NCBI RefSeq assembly: GCF_004365815.1
Contig: NZ_SODD01000020.1
Span: 5,810-37,809, forward strand
Source of the DNA: Breznakia blatticola
GTDB lineage: Bacteria > Bacillota_I > Bacilli_A > Erysipelotrichales > Erysipelotrichaceae
Direction of reading: 5' to 3'
Length of the DNA stretch: 32,000 nucleotides
Shown piece by piece: positions 6,931 through 16,041 of this stretch. The notes beneath the pieces are model-generated. The model saw nothing but the letters and a program-made list of their open reading frames with translations. It was not told the origin of the DNA and did no database searches. Every line of letters starts with the position of its first letter. Position 1 is the first letter of the stretch. The position numbers were made by a program, and so were the translations under genes.

Positions 6931-9900
6931 ATGGCAAAAAAAGAAACATATCGTACTGTAAAAATCGGTAAAAAAGCTGAACGTAGAGATTATTCTAAAG
7001 TTAGTGGTGATCTTGAATTACCTAATTTAGTTGAAATTCAAACGGACTCTTTTGACTGGTTTAAAAACGAAGGTATCCAAGAGGTTTTCAATGAGATTTA
7101 TCCAATTCAAAACCACAGTGGAAACATTAAGTTGAACTTCGTTGATTACGAATTCGAAGAACCTAAATTCAATGCTTCAGAGTCAATGTATAGAGAAATC
7201 AACTATGCAACTTCATTGAAAGCAAAAATGGAACTAGAAATTGAGGATCCTAACACTGGAGAATTGATTTCAAAAGAGGAGGATGTTTTCCTTGGAGATT
7301 TCCCAATTATGACAGACACAGGAACGTTTATCATAAATGGGGCGGAACGTGTTATCGTTTCACAAATCGTACGTTCACCAGGAGCATACTTTGCTACTGG
7401 AGTTGAAGAAAAAACTGGGCGTCCTACATATCACTCAGAATTAATTCCTTCAAGAGGAACGTGGTTAGAATTCCAAAGTGACATCAAAAAACAAACAGGT
7501 GGTCGTTTGTTAAACGTATTGATTGACCGTAAACGTAAGGTGGCAAGTACCATCCTTTTCAAAGCGCTTGGAATGTCTGTCGATTTAGATAACAACATTG
7601 ACCCTAATGACTCTGAACAAATCCGTATTTTCTTAGATACAATGGGTCGTAAACTTGTAAGTGAATTGCCTGAAAATAACGAAGAAAAAGAATACTTAGA
7701 TTTATACTTAAACCTATATGGTTCTTACTTCGGACAATATGAAGAAGTGGAAAACACTTTATTTGAAGAAAAAGTAGCAACAACACAAGAAGCGTTGTTG
7801 ACGATTTATGAAAACCAAAGAGCGGATGAAATTCCTACACTTGATGGTTCAATCAACTTAATGAATCAAAAATTCTTTGATTCACGTCGTTATGACTTAA
7901 CAAAAGCAGGACGTTACAAACTGTCAAAGAAATTATCAGTTGTAGACCGCATGTTCTCTAATTATTTAGCACATGACATCGTTGATGTAGATGGAAATGT
8001 GTTACATAAACAAGGAACACTTGTAGATCGTACAGTACGTGATGCATTACGTGAAGAAATGAAACGTGGAATGCATGTTACTGCATTCCCATATAACACA
8101 CTGTTCTACCACAACGATGTGGTAAGTGTGCCTGTTAGCTATGCAAGTGCTTTAGTAGGACGTGTATTAGCTTACGATGTAGATTTAAAGAAAACTACAT
8201 TATTTGAAAACACAGTATTAACAAAAGAAGATGTTGAATTACTTCAAAAAGAAGAAGTTGCCGAAGTGGAAATCTTAGCTGGATTAATGGCTAAAGAAAT
8301 CACAATTACAAAAGATAACTTCAAAGCAGTGATGGCATATGGTCAAACACTATATACACTAGGTCGTATCGTTGATGCAAAAGGTAATGATTTAACTGAT
8401 TCTGAAGGTGAAGTATTTACATATAACTTCTCACAAAAAGATAAAGTTGCGACATTGAGTGAAGCACAAGAAAAAGAATTACGTGCCCTTGTTGAAAAAG
8501 GAAATGTACGTGCTTACTTAATTGGTTGTGCCGTACAAGAAGTACTTGTTCACAATGGAGACAACATTCCAGTTAGTGTGATTGGTAACGATCCATTCTT
8601 AAACAAACACACAATTACAGTATCTGATATGTATGCACTATACTCATACACATTAACAAACATGTATGGTATTGGTGAAGATGACGATATCGATATGTTA
8701 GGTAACCGTCGTATCCGTTCGGTTGGTGAACTTATCCAAAACCAATTCCGTATTGGTTTATCTCGTATGGAACGTGTGGTTAAGGAACGTATGTCAATTG
8801 CTGAAATTGAAACATTAACACCAAAGAAACTTACAAATATTCGTCCATTAACAGCAGCAATTAAAGAATTCTTCTCGAGTTCTCAATTGTCTCAATTCAT
8901 GGACCAACAAAACCCACTTGCTGAACTTACAAACAAACGTCGTATTTCAGCATTAGGACCTGGTGGTTTAACACGTGATCGTGCTGGATTTGAAGTACGT
9001 GATGTTCACTCATCTCACTACGGTCGTATTTGTCCAATTGAAACACCTGAGGGACCAAACATCGGTCTGATTTCAAACTTGACAACATATGGAAAAATTA
9101 ACGAATATGGATTTATTCAAACACCATACCGTATTGTAAAAGATGGAAAAGTTAGCGAAGACTGTGTGTACTTAAGTGCAGACGAAGAAGCAGACTACAT
9201 TATTGCCCAAGCCAATGAGGTTGTTGATGGATTACTTGTTAATGAACAAGTCGTTGCCAGATTAAATGGTGAAACGATCATGGCAGAACGCGAAAAAGTA
9301 GAACTTGCCGATGTCAGTCCAAAACAAATTGTTTCGGTAGCGACAGCTTGTATTCCATTCTTGGAAAACGATGATGCTTCTCGTGCCCTAATGGGAGCGA
9401 ACATGCAACGTCAAGCGGTACCTTTAATTAAGCCACAAAGTCCATTTGTTGGTACAGGTATCGAAAACAAAATTGCCAAAGATTCTGGTTCAGCAGTTGT
9501 TGCTGCAGAAGATGGTGTAGTTGATTTTGTTGATGCAACACGTGTTGTTGTAAGTGAAAAAGGCGGAAAACGCGAATACAAACTTAAAAAATTCGAATGT
9601 TCAAACGCTGGTACTTCAATTAACCAAATGCCAATCGTGCAAAAAGGTGAAAAAATTGAAAAAGGTGATGTAATTGTCGATGGACCTTCTATGCAAAATG
9701 GAGAGTTAGCTTTAGGACAAAACGTTACGATTGCCTACATGACTTGGTATGGATATAACTATGAGGATGCGATCATTATGTCTGAACGCTTAGTGCGTGA
9801 TGATGTATATACATCAATCCACATTGAAGATTACGACATTGACTGTCGTGATACAAAACTAGGACCTGAAGAAATTACACGCGATATTCCAAACGTAAGT

Positions 9901-11139
9901 GAAGCTGCTTGTCGTAACTTAGACGAACGCGGAATCGTTATGGTTGGTGCGGAAGTTAAAGAAGGTGATATCCTAGTTGGTAAAGTAACACCAAAAGGAC
10001 AAAGCGAAGTAAGTCCTGAAGAAAAACTATTATTAGCAATCTTCGGTGAAAAATCTCGTGAAGTTCGTGACAATAGTTTAAAAGTACCTCACGGTGGAGA
10101 TGGTATCGTACATAGTGTACGTGTCTTCAAACGTAGTGAAGGTCACGATTTACCTCCAGGGGTAAATGAAACTGTAAAAGTATACATTGTTCAAAAACGT
10201 AAAATCTCTGAAGGGGATAAAATGGCGGGACGTCACGGTAATAAAGGGGTTATCTCTAAAATCTTACCGATTGAAGATATGCCATATATGCCAGATGGAA
10301 CTCCAGTTGACATTATGTTGAACCCATTCGGGGTACCTTCACGTATGAACATTGGACAAGTTCTTGAGATCCACTTAGGATTCGCAGCTAAGAAATTAGG
10401 TGTAAAATTCTCAACTCCAGTATTCGATGGAATCGATAACGAAGAGTTAAGTGGAATCATGGATGAAGCGAGTATGACTAAAGATGGTAAATCTGTACTA
10501 TACGATGGACGTACAGGGGAACCATTTGATGAAAGAATCTCTGTTGGGGTTATGTACATGATTAAGCTTGCCCACATGGTTGATGACAAGCTGCATGCAC
10601 GTGCAACAGGACCTTACTCATTAGTAACGCAACAACCTCTTGGAGGGAAAGCGCAAAATGGTGGTCAAAGATTTGGGGAAATGGAAGTTTGGGCTCTTGA
10701 AGCATATGGAGCAGCACACACATTACAAGAAATCTTGACAATCAAATCGGATGATATCCAAGGACGTACAAAAACGTACGAAGCTATCATCAAAGGTAAA
10801 GACATTCCTGAAGCTGGTATTCCTGAATCATTCAGAGTACTTGTTCACGAATTGCAAGCCTTAGCTATCGATGTAAAGATGTTTGATGACAATGGGGAAT
10901 TGGTAGATATCAATAACCAAGAAGAACAAGCACCTAAAGATAGTAGACAAGAAGCCAACAACCCTGATGTAACAATTGCTCAACTTGATGATGAACTTGC
11001 AAATGTTCACATTGATGATGAAGAACAATTAGTTGAAGCAGAAGAAGAAATGGCAGCCGATGATCATGATCACGGTGATGAAGTAAAAGAAGAAATTAGC
11101 GATAGTGGGCTTGAAGCTTTACTAGACGTGATTGAATAG
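6931..11139 (+). CDS. rpoB: DNA-directed RNA polymerase beta subunit (1402 aa, expanded relative to Bacillus)
   Basis: RBS AAGGAAGG. Conserved blocks are present throughout ([79 protein letters not shown]). Confidence 0.98.
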   Translation: MAKKETYRTVKIGKKAERRDYSKVSGDLELPNLVEIQTDSFDWFKNEGIQEVFNEIYPIQNHSGNIKLNFVDYEFEEPKFNASESMYREINYATSLKAKMELEIEDPNTGELISKEEDVFLGDFPIMTDTGTFIINGAERVIVSQIVRSPGAYFATGVEEKTGRPTYHSELIPSRGTWLEFQSDIKKQTGGRLLNVLIDRKRKVASTILFKALGMSVDLDNNIDPNDSEQIRIFLDTMGRKLVSELPENNEEKEYLDLYLNLYGSYFGQYEEVENTLFEEKVATTQEALLTIYENQRADEIPTLDGSINLMNQKFFDSRRYDLTKAGRYKLSKKLSVVDRMFSNYLAHDIVDVDGNVLHKQGTLVDRTVRDALREEMKRGMHVTAFPYNTLFYHNDVVSVPVSYASALVGRVLAYDVDLKKTTLFENTVLTKEDVELLQKEEVAEVEILAGLMAKEITITKDNFKAVMAYGQTLYTLGRIVDAKGNDLTDSEGEVFTYNFSQKDKVATLSEAQEKELRALVEKGNVRAYLIGCAVQEVLVHNGDNIPVSVIGNDPFLNKHTITVSDMYALYSYTLTNMYGIGEDDDIDMLGNRRIRSVGELIQNQFRIGLSRMERVVKERMSIAEIETLTPKKLTNIRPLTAAIKEFFSSSQLSQFMDQQNPLAELTNKRRISALGPGGLTRDRAGFEVRDVHSSHYGRICPIETPEGPNIGLISNLTTYGKINEYGFIQTPYRIVKDGKVSEDCVYLSADEEADYIIAQANEVVDGLLVNEQVVARLNGETIMAEREKVELADVSPKQIVSVATACIPFLENDDASRALMGANMQRQAVPLIKPQSPFVGTGIENKIAKDSGSAVVAAEDGVVDFVDATRVVVSEKGGKREYKLKKFECSNAGTSINQMPIVQKGEKIEKGDVIVDGPSMQNGELALGQNVTIAYMTWYGYNYEDAIIMSERLVRDDVYTSIHIEDYDIDCRDTKLGPEEITRDIPNVSEAACRNLDERGIVMVGAEVKEGDILVGKVTPKGQSEVSPEEKLLLAIFGEKSREVRDNSLKVPHGGDGIVHSVRVFKRSEGHDLPPGVNETVKVYIVQKRKISEGDKMAGRHGNKGVISKILPIEDMPYMPDGTPVDIMLNPFGVPSRMNIGQVLEIHLGFAAKKLGVKFSTPVFDGIDNEELSGIMDEASMTKDGKSVLYDGRTGEPFDERISVGVMYMIKLAHMVDDKLHARATGPYSLVTQQPLGGKAQNGGQRFGEMEVWALEAYGAAHTLQEILTIKSDDIQGRTKTYEAIIKGKDIPEAGIPESFRVLVHELQALAIDVKMFDDNGELVDINNQEEQAPKDSRQEANNPDVTIAQLDDELANVHIDDEEQLVEAEEEMAADDHDHGDEVKEEISDSGLEALLDVIE

Positions 11140-11150
11140 GAGGCTAAAAG

Positions 11151-14100
11151 ATGAGTGTAAATAAATTTTCGTCAATTCAGATTAATTTAGCATCTCCTGA
11201 AAGAATCTTAGAGTGGTCTTACGGAGAAGTAAAAAAACCAGAAACAATTAACTACCGTTCTCAAAAACCAGAACGTGATGGATTGTTCTGTGAGAAAATC
11301 TTCGGACCAAGCAAAGACTGGGAATGTTACTGTGGTAAATACAAAAAAGTACGTTACAAAGGTGTCATTTGTGACCGTTGTGGAGTTGAAGTAACAAAGT
11401 CTAGCGTTCGTCGTGAACGTATGGGACATATTTCTTTAGCTGCACCAGTTGCACACATCTGGTACTTACGTGGTATCCCTAGTCGTATGGGGTTGTTACT
11501 TGATGTAACACCTAAACAACTTGAAGAAGTAGTTTACTTCGTATCTTGGATTGTGACGGATCCAAAAGATACAAAGCTAGAATACAAAAAAGTTCTTTCG
11601 GAAAGAGAATATCGTGAAAACGTGGCACTATATGGTGCTGGAGCGTTTGAAGCAAAAACCGGAGCTGAAGCAGTAAAAGTATTGCTTGAGCAAGTGGATG
11701 TTGAAAAAGAATATAAAGCAATCCAAGATGCACTTGAAGGTGCACAAGGAGAAAAACGTAACAAACTTATTAAACGTTTGGATACAGTTAATGCATTTAG
11801 AAATTCTGACAACAACCCTGAATGGATGGTACTGACTGAATTACCAGTTATCCCACCTGATTTACGTCCAATGTTACAACTTGATGGTGGACGTTTCGCA
11901 ACAAGTGATCTTAACGACCTTTACCGTCGTGTAATCACGCGTAACAACCGTCTGAAAAAGTTATTAGAACTTGGAACACCTGCAATTATCGTACAAAACG
12001 AAAAACGTATGTTACAAGAAGCTGTTGATGCTTTAATTGACAACGGACGTCGTAGTAAACCAATTACAGGAGCTGGAGGACGTGCATTAAAATCACTTTC
12101 TCACTCATTAAAAGGGAAACAAGGTCGTTTCCGTCAAAACTTACTTGGTAAACGTGTTGACTTCTCAGGACGTTCAGTTATCGCGGTAGGTCCAGACTTA
12201 AAAATGTACCAATGTGGTATCCCTCGTGAGATGGCTATTCAATTATTTAAACCATATGTTATTAATGAAATCGTTAACCGCGAAATCGCTAGTAACCATA
12301 AAACTGCTGAAAAATTAATCGACAAAGGTGATCCAAGAATTTGGGACATCGTTGAGGATGTAATTGAAGGACACCCAGTTCTATTGAACCGTGCCCCTAC
12401 ACTTCACCGTCTTGGTATTCAAGCATATTTACCAAAACTTGTAGAAGGTAGAGCAATCCGTCTTCACCCTCTAGTTTGTCCTGCATTCAACGCGGACTTC
12501 GATGGTGACCAAATGGCGGTCCACGTTCCATTAAGTGAAGAAGCAAGAGCTGAAGCATATGTATTAATGCTAGGTTCTAACAACATCCTTGGTCCAAAAG
12601 ATGGAAAACCTATCGTTACACCATCACAAGACATGGTACTTGGTAACTTCTACTTAACAATGGAAGAAACAAAAGAAGAATTCTACGCAGAAAGTGCAGA
12701 ATATAGAGCACTAGGTTGTGACCAAGAAGCTGACAAATGGCAAGCATATGGTGACAACGAAGGTCATGCTTACAACAACATCAATGAAGTTATGATGGCA
12801 TATGAAGCAAACCAAGTGCACTTACATACACGTATTGCGCTTCACGGTCGTTCTTTACAAAAAGAAGGATTTACAGAAGAACAAAACAACTCATACTTGG
12901 TAACAACTGTTGGTAAAGTTATCTTTAACAATATCTTGCCAAAAGACTTCCCTTACATCAACGAAGTAAGTGAAGAAAACTTCGTTGCAACTCCAGACAA
13001 ATACTTCTTCCCAATGGGAACAAATATGCCTGAAGTAATCGCTGGGTTAGAACCAGTTGATGCAATGAAGAAAAAGGATTTAGGACTTGTTATCGGGCAA
13101 GTGTTCAAACGCTACTCGACAGTTGAAACAAGTGAAATTCTTGATGAGATCAAAAACAACGGATTTAAATATTCTACAGTTGCGGGTATTACAGTATCAC
13201 TAGCGGATATTGAAGTTGCCCCTAACAAGAAAAAATACGTAGATTACGGTCGTGAAAAAGCTGCAGAGCTTATGGAATACCGTAAAAAAGGTAAACTTAC
13301 AATGCAAGAATGGGAACGTCTACTAAATAAACTTTGGGATGACGTGAAAAAGAACATTCTGATTGAATTTAAAGCTGCGATTGCTCGTAAGAACCCAATC
13401 AACATGATGGCGACTTCTGGAGCTCGTGGTAACGATAGTAACTTTACCCAACTTGCTGGTATGCGTGGATTGATGGCTCGTCCATCACAATCGAAATCAG
13501 CTTCAGGTTACCAACCAAGTGTAATCGAGGTACCTATTTATTCTTCATTCCGTGAAGGATTAAACGTATCTGAGTTCTTTACCTCTACCCATGGGGTGCG
13601 TAAAGGTCTTACCGATACAGCCTTGAAAACTGCCGAGTCAGGATACTTAACACGTCGTCTAGTTGACGTTGCACAAGATGTTGTTGTGCGCGAAGAAGAC
13701 TGTGGAACTGACCGTGGTTACCTAGTTGAAGAAATCCGTGACCGTAAACAAGATACAGTTGTTGAATCACTATTTGACCGTCTTGTTGGTCGTTATACAA
13801 AAGATGCAATCTTCCACCCAGAAACAGGTGCATTAATTATTGATGCAGGTGAATTCATGGATGAAGATAAAGCACAAGAAATCGTTGACGCTGGTGTTAA
13901 ACAAGTAATGATTCGTTCAGCATTTACATGTCAAACCGTTCACGGTGTATGTAAAAAATGTTACGGACGTAACATGGCAACTGGTGAAGTTGTTGAAGTT
14001 GGAGAATCTGTTGGTACAATGGCAGCGCAATCAATTGGGGAACCAGGTACCCAACTTACCATGCGTACATTCCACACCGGTGGGGTTGCTGGTGGTGGAG

Positions 14101-15071
14101 ATATCACCCAAGGGTTACCTCGTGTAGAGGAACTATTTGAAGCGCGTTCACCAAAAGGTGCGGCAGTTCTAGCGAAAATTACTGGAGATATTGTTGAAAT
14201 TAAACAACTTGAAGGTATCGGTGGAATTGAAGTAACGATTGCAAACGAAACTGAATCAATTGTTCACAAAGTTGGTCCTACGCAAACACTTCGTGCTTGG
14301 TTAATTGAGAAACCAGCATCTAAGAAAGAACGTGACCAAATCGAAAAGAACTTGAAACCAGGACATGCAGTTCCTTGGCACTTAACTGCTGGTGATAAAA
14401 TCACTGAAGGTCAAGTAGCACCAAAAGAACTTCTTGAAGTAGCTGGAGTACAAGATGTACAACAATACATTCTTAAAGAAGTTAAGAAGGTATATGCAAG
14501 TCAAGGTATCGATATTTCCGATAAGCATATTGAGATCATGATTCGCCAAATGTTACGTCGTGTGGAAATTATCGAAGGTAATGACACAGGCTTAATCGCT
14601 GGAGAAAAAATCTCATTAACTAAGATTACAAAAATTAACCGTGATGTATTATTGTCAGGAAAACGCCCTGCAGTGTTTAGACCAACACTACTTGGTATTT
14701 CAAAAGCATCTGTGCAAACAGATTCATTCCTATCAGCTGCATCATTCCAGGAAACAACAAAAGTATTAACGGATGCTGCAATTAACGGTAGCCGCGACCA
14801 CTTAGTTGGATTAAAGGAAAATGTAATCATTGGGAAAATGATTCCTGCGGGAACAGGTCTTGATGTAGATCGTGAATCAACTCGCTTAATTAATGAAAAA
14901 GCAGAAGAATTACGTGCAAAACGTATTGCTGCTAACACAAAAGAAAGCGATGAAGAAGATAAGCTATTGAGCTTTGTGCCAAAAGAACTTTTGGAAAAAG
15001 ACTCAGAAGCAATCGATGCTGCAGTAGCTGAAGATGAATTAAGTATTCAAGAAGGCGAAACAGAATTATAG
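11151..15071 (+). CDS. rpoC: DNA-directed RNA polymerase beta' subunit (1306 aa)
   Basis: RBS AGGAGG. It has the zinc-binding motif [23 protein letters not shown], the catalytic [12 protein letters not shown], and the trigger-loop/bridge-helix blocks. Confidence 0.98.
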   Translation: MSVNKFSSIQINLASPERILEWSYGEVKKPETINYRSQKPERDGLFCEKIFGPSKDWECYCGKYKKVRYKGVICDRCGVEVTKSSVRRERMGHISLAAPVAHIWYLRGIPSRMGLLLDVTPKQLEEVVYFVSWIVTDPKDTKLEYKKVLSEREYRENVALYGAGAFEAKTGAEAVKVLLEQVDVEKEYKAIQDALEGAQGEKRNKLIKRLDTVNAFRNSDNNPEWMVLTELPVIPPDLRPMLQLDGGRFATSDLNDLYRRVITRNNRLKKLLELGTPAIIVQNEKRMLQEAVDALIDNGRRSKPITGAGGRALKSLSHSLKGKQGRFRQNLLGKRVDFSGRSVIAVGPDLKMYQCGIPREMAIQLFKPYVINEIVNREIASNHKTAEKLIDKGDPRIWDIVEDVIEGHPVLLNRAPTLHRLGIQAYLPKLVEGRAIRLHPLVCPAFNADFDGDQMAVHVPLSEEARAEAYVLMLGSNNILGPKDGKPIVTPSQDMVLGNFYLTMEETKEEFYAESAEYRALGCDQEADKWQAYGDNEGHAYNNINEVMMAYEANQVHLHTRIALHGRSLQKEGFTEEQNNSYLVTTVGKVIFNNILPKDFPYINEVSEENFVATPDKYFFPMGTNMPEVIAGLEPVDAMKKKDLGLVIGQVFKRYSTVETSEILDEIKNNGFKYSTVAGITVSLADIEVAPNKKKYVDYGREKAAELMEYRKKGKLTMQEWERLLNKLWDDVKKNILIEFKAAIARKNPINMMATSGARGNDSNFTQLAGMRGLMARPSQSKSASGYQPSVIEVPIYSSFREGLNVSEFFTSTHGVRKGLTDTALKTAESGYLTRRLVDVAQDVVVREEDCGTDRGYLVEEIRDRKQDTVVESLFDRLVGRYTKDAIFHPETGALIIDAGEFMDEDKAQEIVDAGVKQVMIRSAFTCQTVHGVCKKCYGRNMATGEVVEVGESVGTMAAQSIGEPGTQLTMRTFHTGGVAGGGDITQGLPRVEELFEARSPKGAAVLAKITGDIVEIKQLEGIGGIEVTIANETESIVHKVGPTQTLRAWLIEKPASKKERDQIEKNLKPGHAVPWHLTAGDKITEGQVAPKELLEVAGVQDVQQYILKEVKKVYASQGIDISDKHIEIMIRQMLRRVEIIEGNDTGLIAGEKISLTKITKINRDVLLSGKRPAVFRPTLLGISKASVQTDSFLSAASFQETTKVLTDAAINGSRDHLVGLKENVIIGKMIPAGTGLDVDRESTRLINEKAEELRAKRIAANTKESDEEDKLLSFVPKELLEKDSEAIDAAVAEDELSIQEGETEL

Positions 15072-15078
15072 AATGAAA

Positions 15079-15107
15079 GTGGAGTTCGAAAGGACTCTGC
15101 TTTTTTT
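15079..15107 (+). terminator. Intrinsic terminator after rpoC
   Basis: GTGGAGTTC (15079-15087), a GAAA tetraloop, then GGACTCTGC (15092-15100), giving 9 bp of which three are G-U pairs. A T7 run follows at 15101-15107. Confidence 0.7.
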
Positions 15108-15200
15108 GTACATTTTGTGATGAATGTAATATTGTTTAAGAAAAAAAGCAATGATATACTTAAGTTACTGTTACTGTGACTATTTAACCGAAGTTATGAT

Positions 15201-15869
15201 ATGAAATTGGAATTAGTAATATTTGATGTAGATGGTTTACTACTTGATACGGAACGCACTTGGCAAAAGACTTGGCATGATATAGGGATAAAACATGGTG
15301 TCAAAAATTTGGGAAGCGAAGTATTTTTAAAGTGTATAGGCCATACAGGAAAAGTTGTAGAAGATATCATATTACAAGAAGTAACCGGTATCGAAGAGCC
15401 ACTTGCTTTGTTGCAGGAAGTTCGTGAAGCAGGAAAAATTCGTTTAGAAAATGAATTGGAACTAAAGCCTGGAGCAAAACAGTTGATTGCATACCTAAAA
15501 GAAAATCAGATTCCACTGGCAATTGGAACATCAACGATATCCGCTTTGAATGAAGAACGGTTAAAAAAGGTCGATGTTTTTCATGAGTTTTGTTACATGC
15601 TTTGTGGGGATGAGGTAACAAAAAGAAAACCAGACCCAGAAGTATATAATCGAATCGTAGAGCAATTTGGTGTTGATAAAGAAAATGTGGTTATTTTGGA
15701 GGACTCTTATTTAGGGGTAGAAGCAGCGTATCGGGCGAATGTTTCATGTATTATGGTACCCGATATATTACCAGCAACAGAAATACAAATAAAGCAGACA
15801 ATGCATATAGCAAAATCCTTATATGAGGTAAAAGACTATATTGAGCAATATCTGTTGTCGAAAAAATAA
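15201..15869 (+). CDS. HAD-IA family hydrolase/phosphatase (beta-phosphoglucomutase-like)
   Basis: Motif I is FDVDGLLLDTE, motif II is GTST, motif III is KRKPDP and motif IV is EDS. The RBS is weak. Confidence 0.8.
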   Translation: MKLELVIFDVDGLLLDTERTWQKTWHDIGIKHGVKNLGSEVFLKCIGHTGKVVEDIILQEVTGIEEPLALLQEVREAGKIRLENELELKPGAKQLIAYLKENQIPLAIGTSTISALNEERLKKVDVFHEFCYMLCGDEVTKRKPDPEVYNRIVEQFGVDKENVVILEDSYLGVEAAYRANVSCIMVPDILPATEIQIKQTMHIAKSLYEVKDYIEQYLLSKK

Positions 15870-15881
15870 ACATGTAAAATA

Positions 15882-15912
15882 GTGTTAACACATATCAAAT
15901 TGTGTTTAACAT
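15882..15912. promoter_or_regulatory. Pair of palindromic boxes (candidate operator) upstream of the PTS regulator
   Basis: A perfect 10 bp palindrome GTGTTAACAC (15882-15891) is followed by a related box GTGTTTAACA(T) (15902-15912). The centres are about 20 bp apart, roughly two helical turns. Confidence 0.3.
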
Positions 15913-15915
15913 GGA

Positions 15916-15988
15916 AAAAAAGAGATGAAATATCTGTGAACAGTGCAAAAAAATTACACACAGATAACCTTCATCTCTTTTTTGTTTT
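15916..15988 (+). terminator. Long bipartite hairpin with A-tract/T-tract flanks (HAD terminator and/or leader attenuator of the PTS operon)
   Basis: The outer stem AAAAAAGAGATGAA (15916-15929) pairs with TTCATCTCTTTTTT (15970-15983). The inner stem ATCTGTG (15932-15938) pairs with CACAGAT (15959-15965). It is followed by TTTTTTGTTTT. Confidence 0.7.
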
Positions 15989-16041
15989 ATCTTTTGGGTA
16001 CACAGTAACAGCAGAAAACAAGAGAGAAAGGAAACGGTTAA

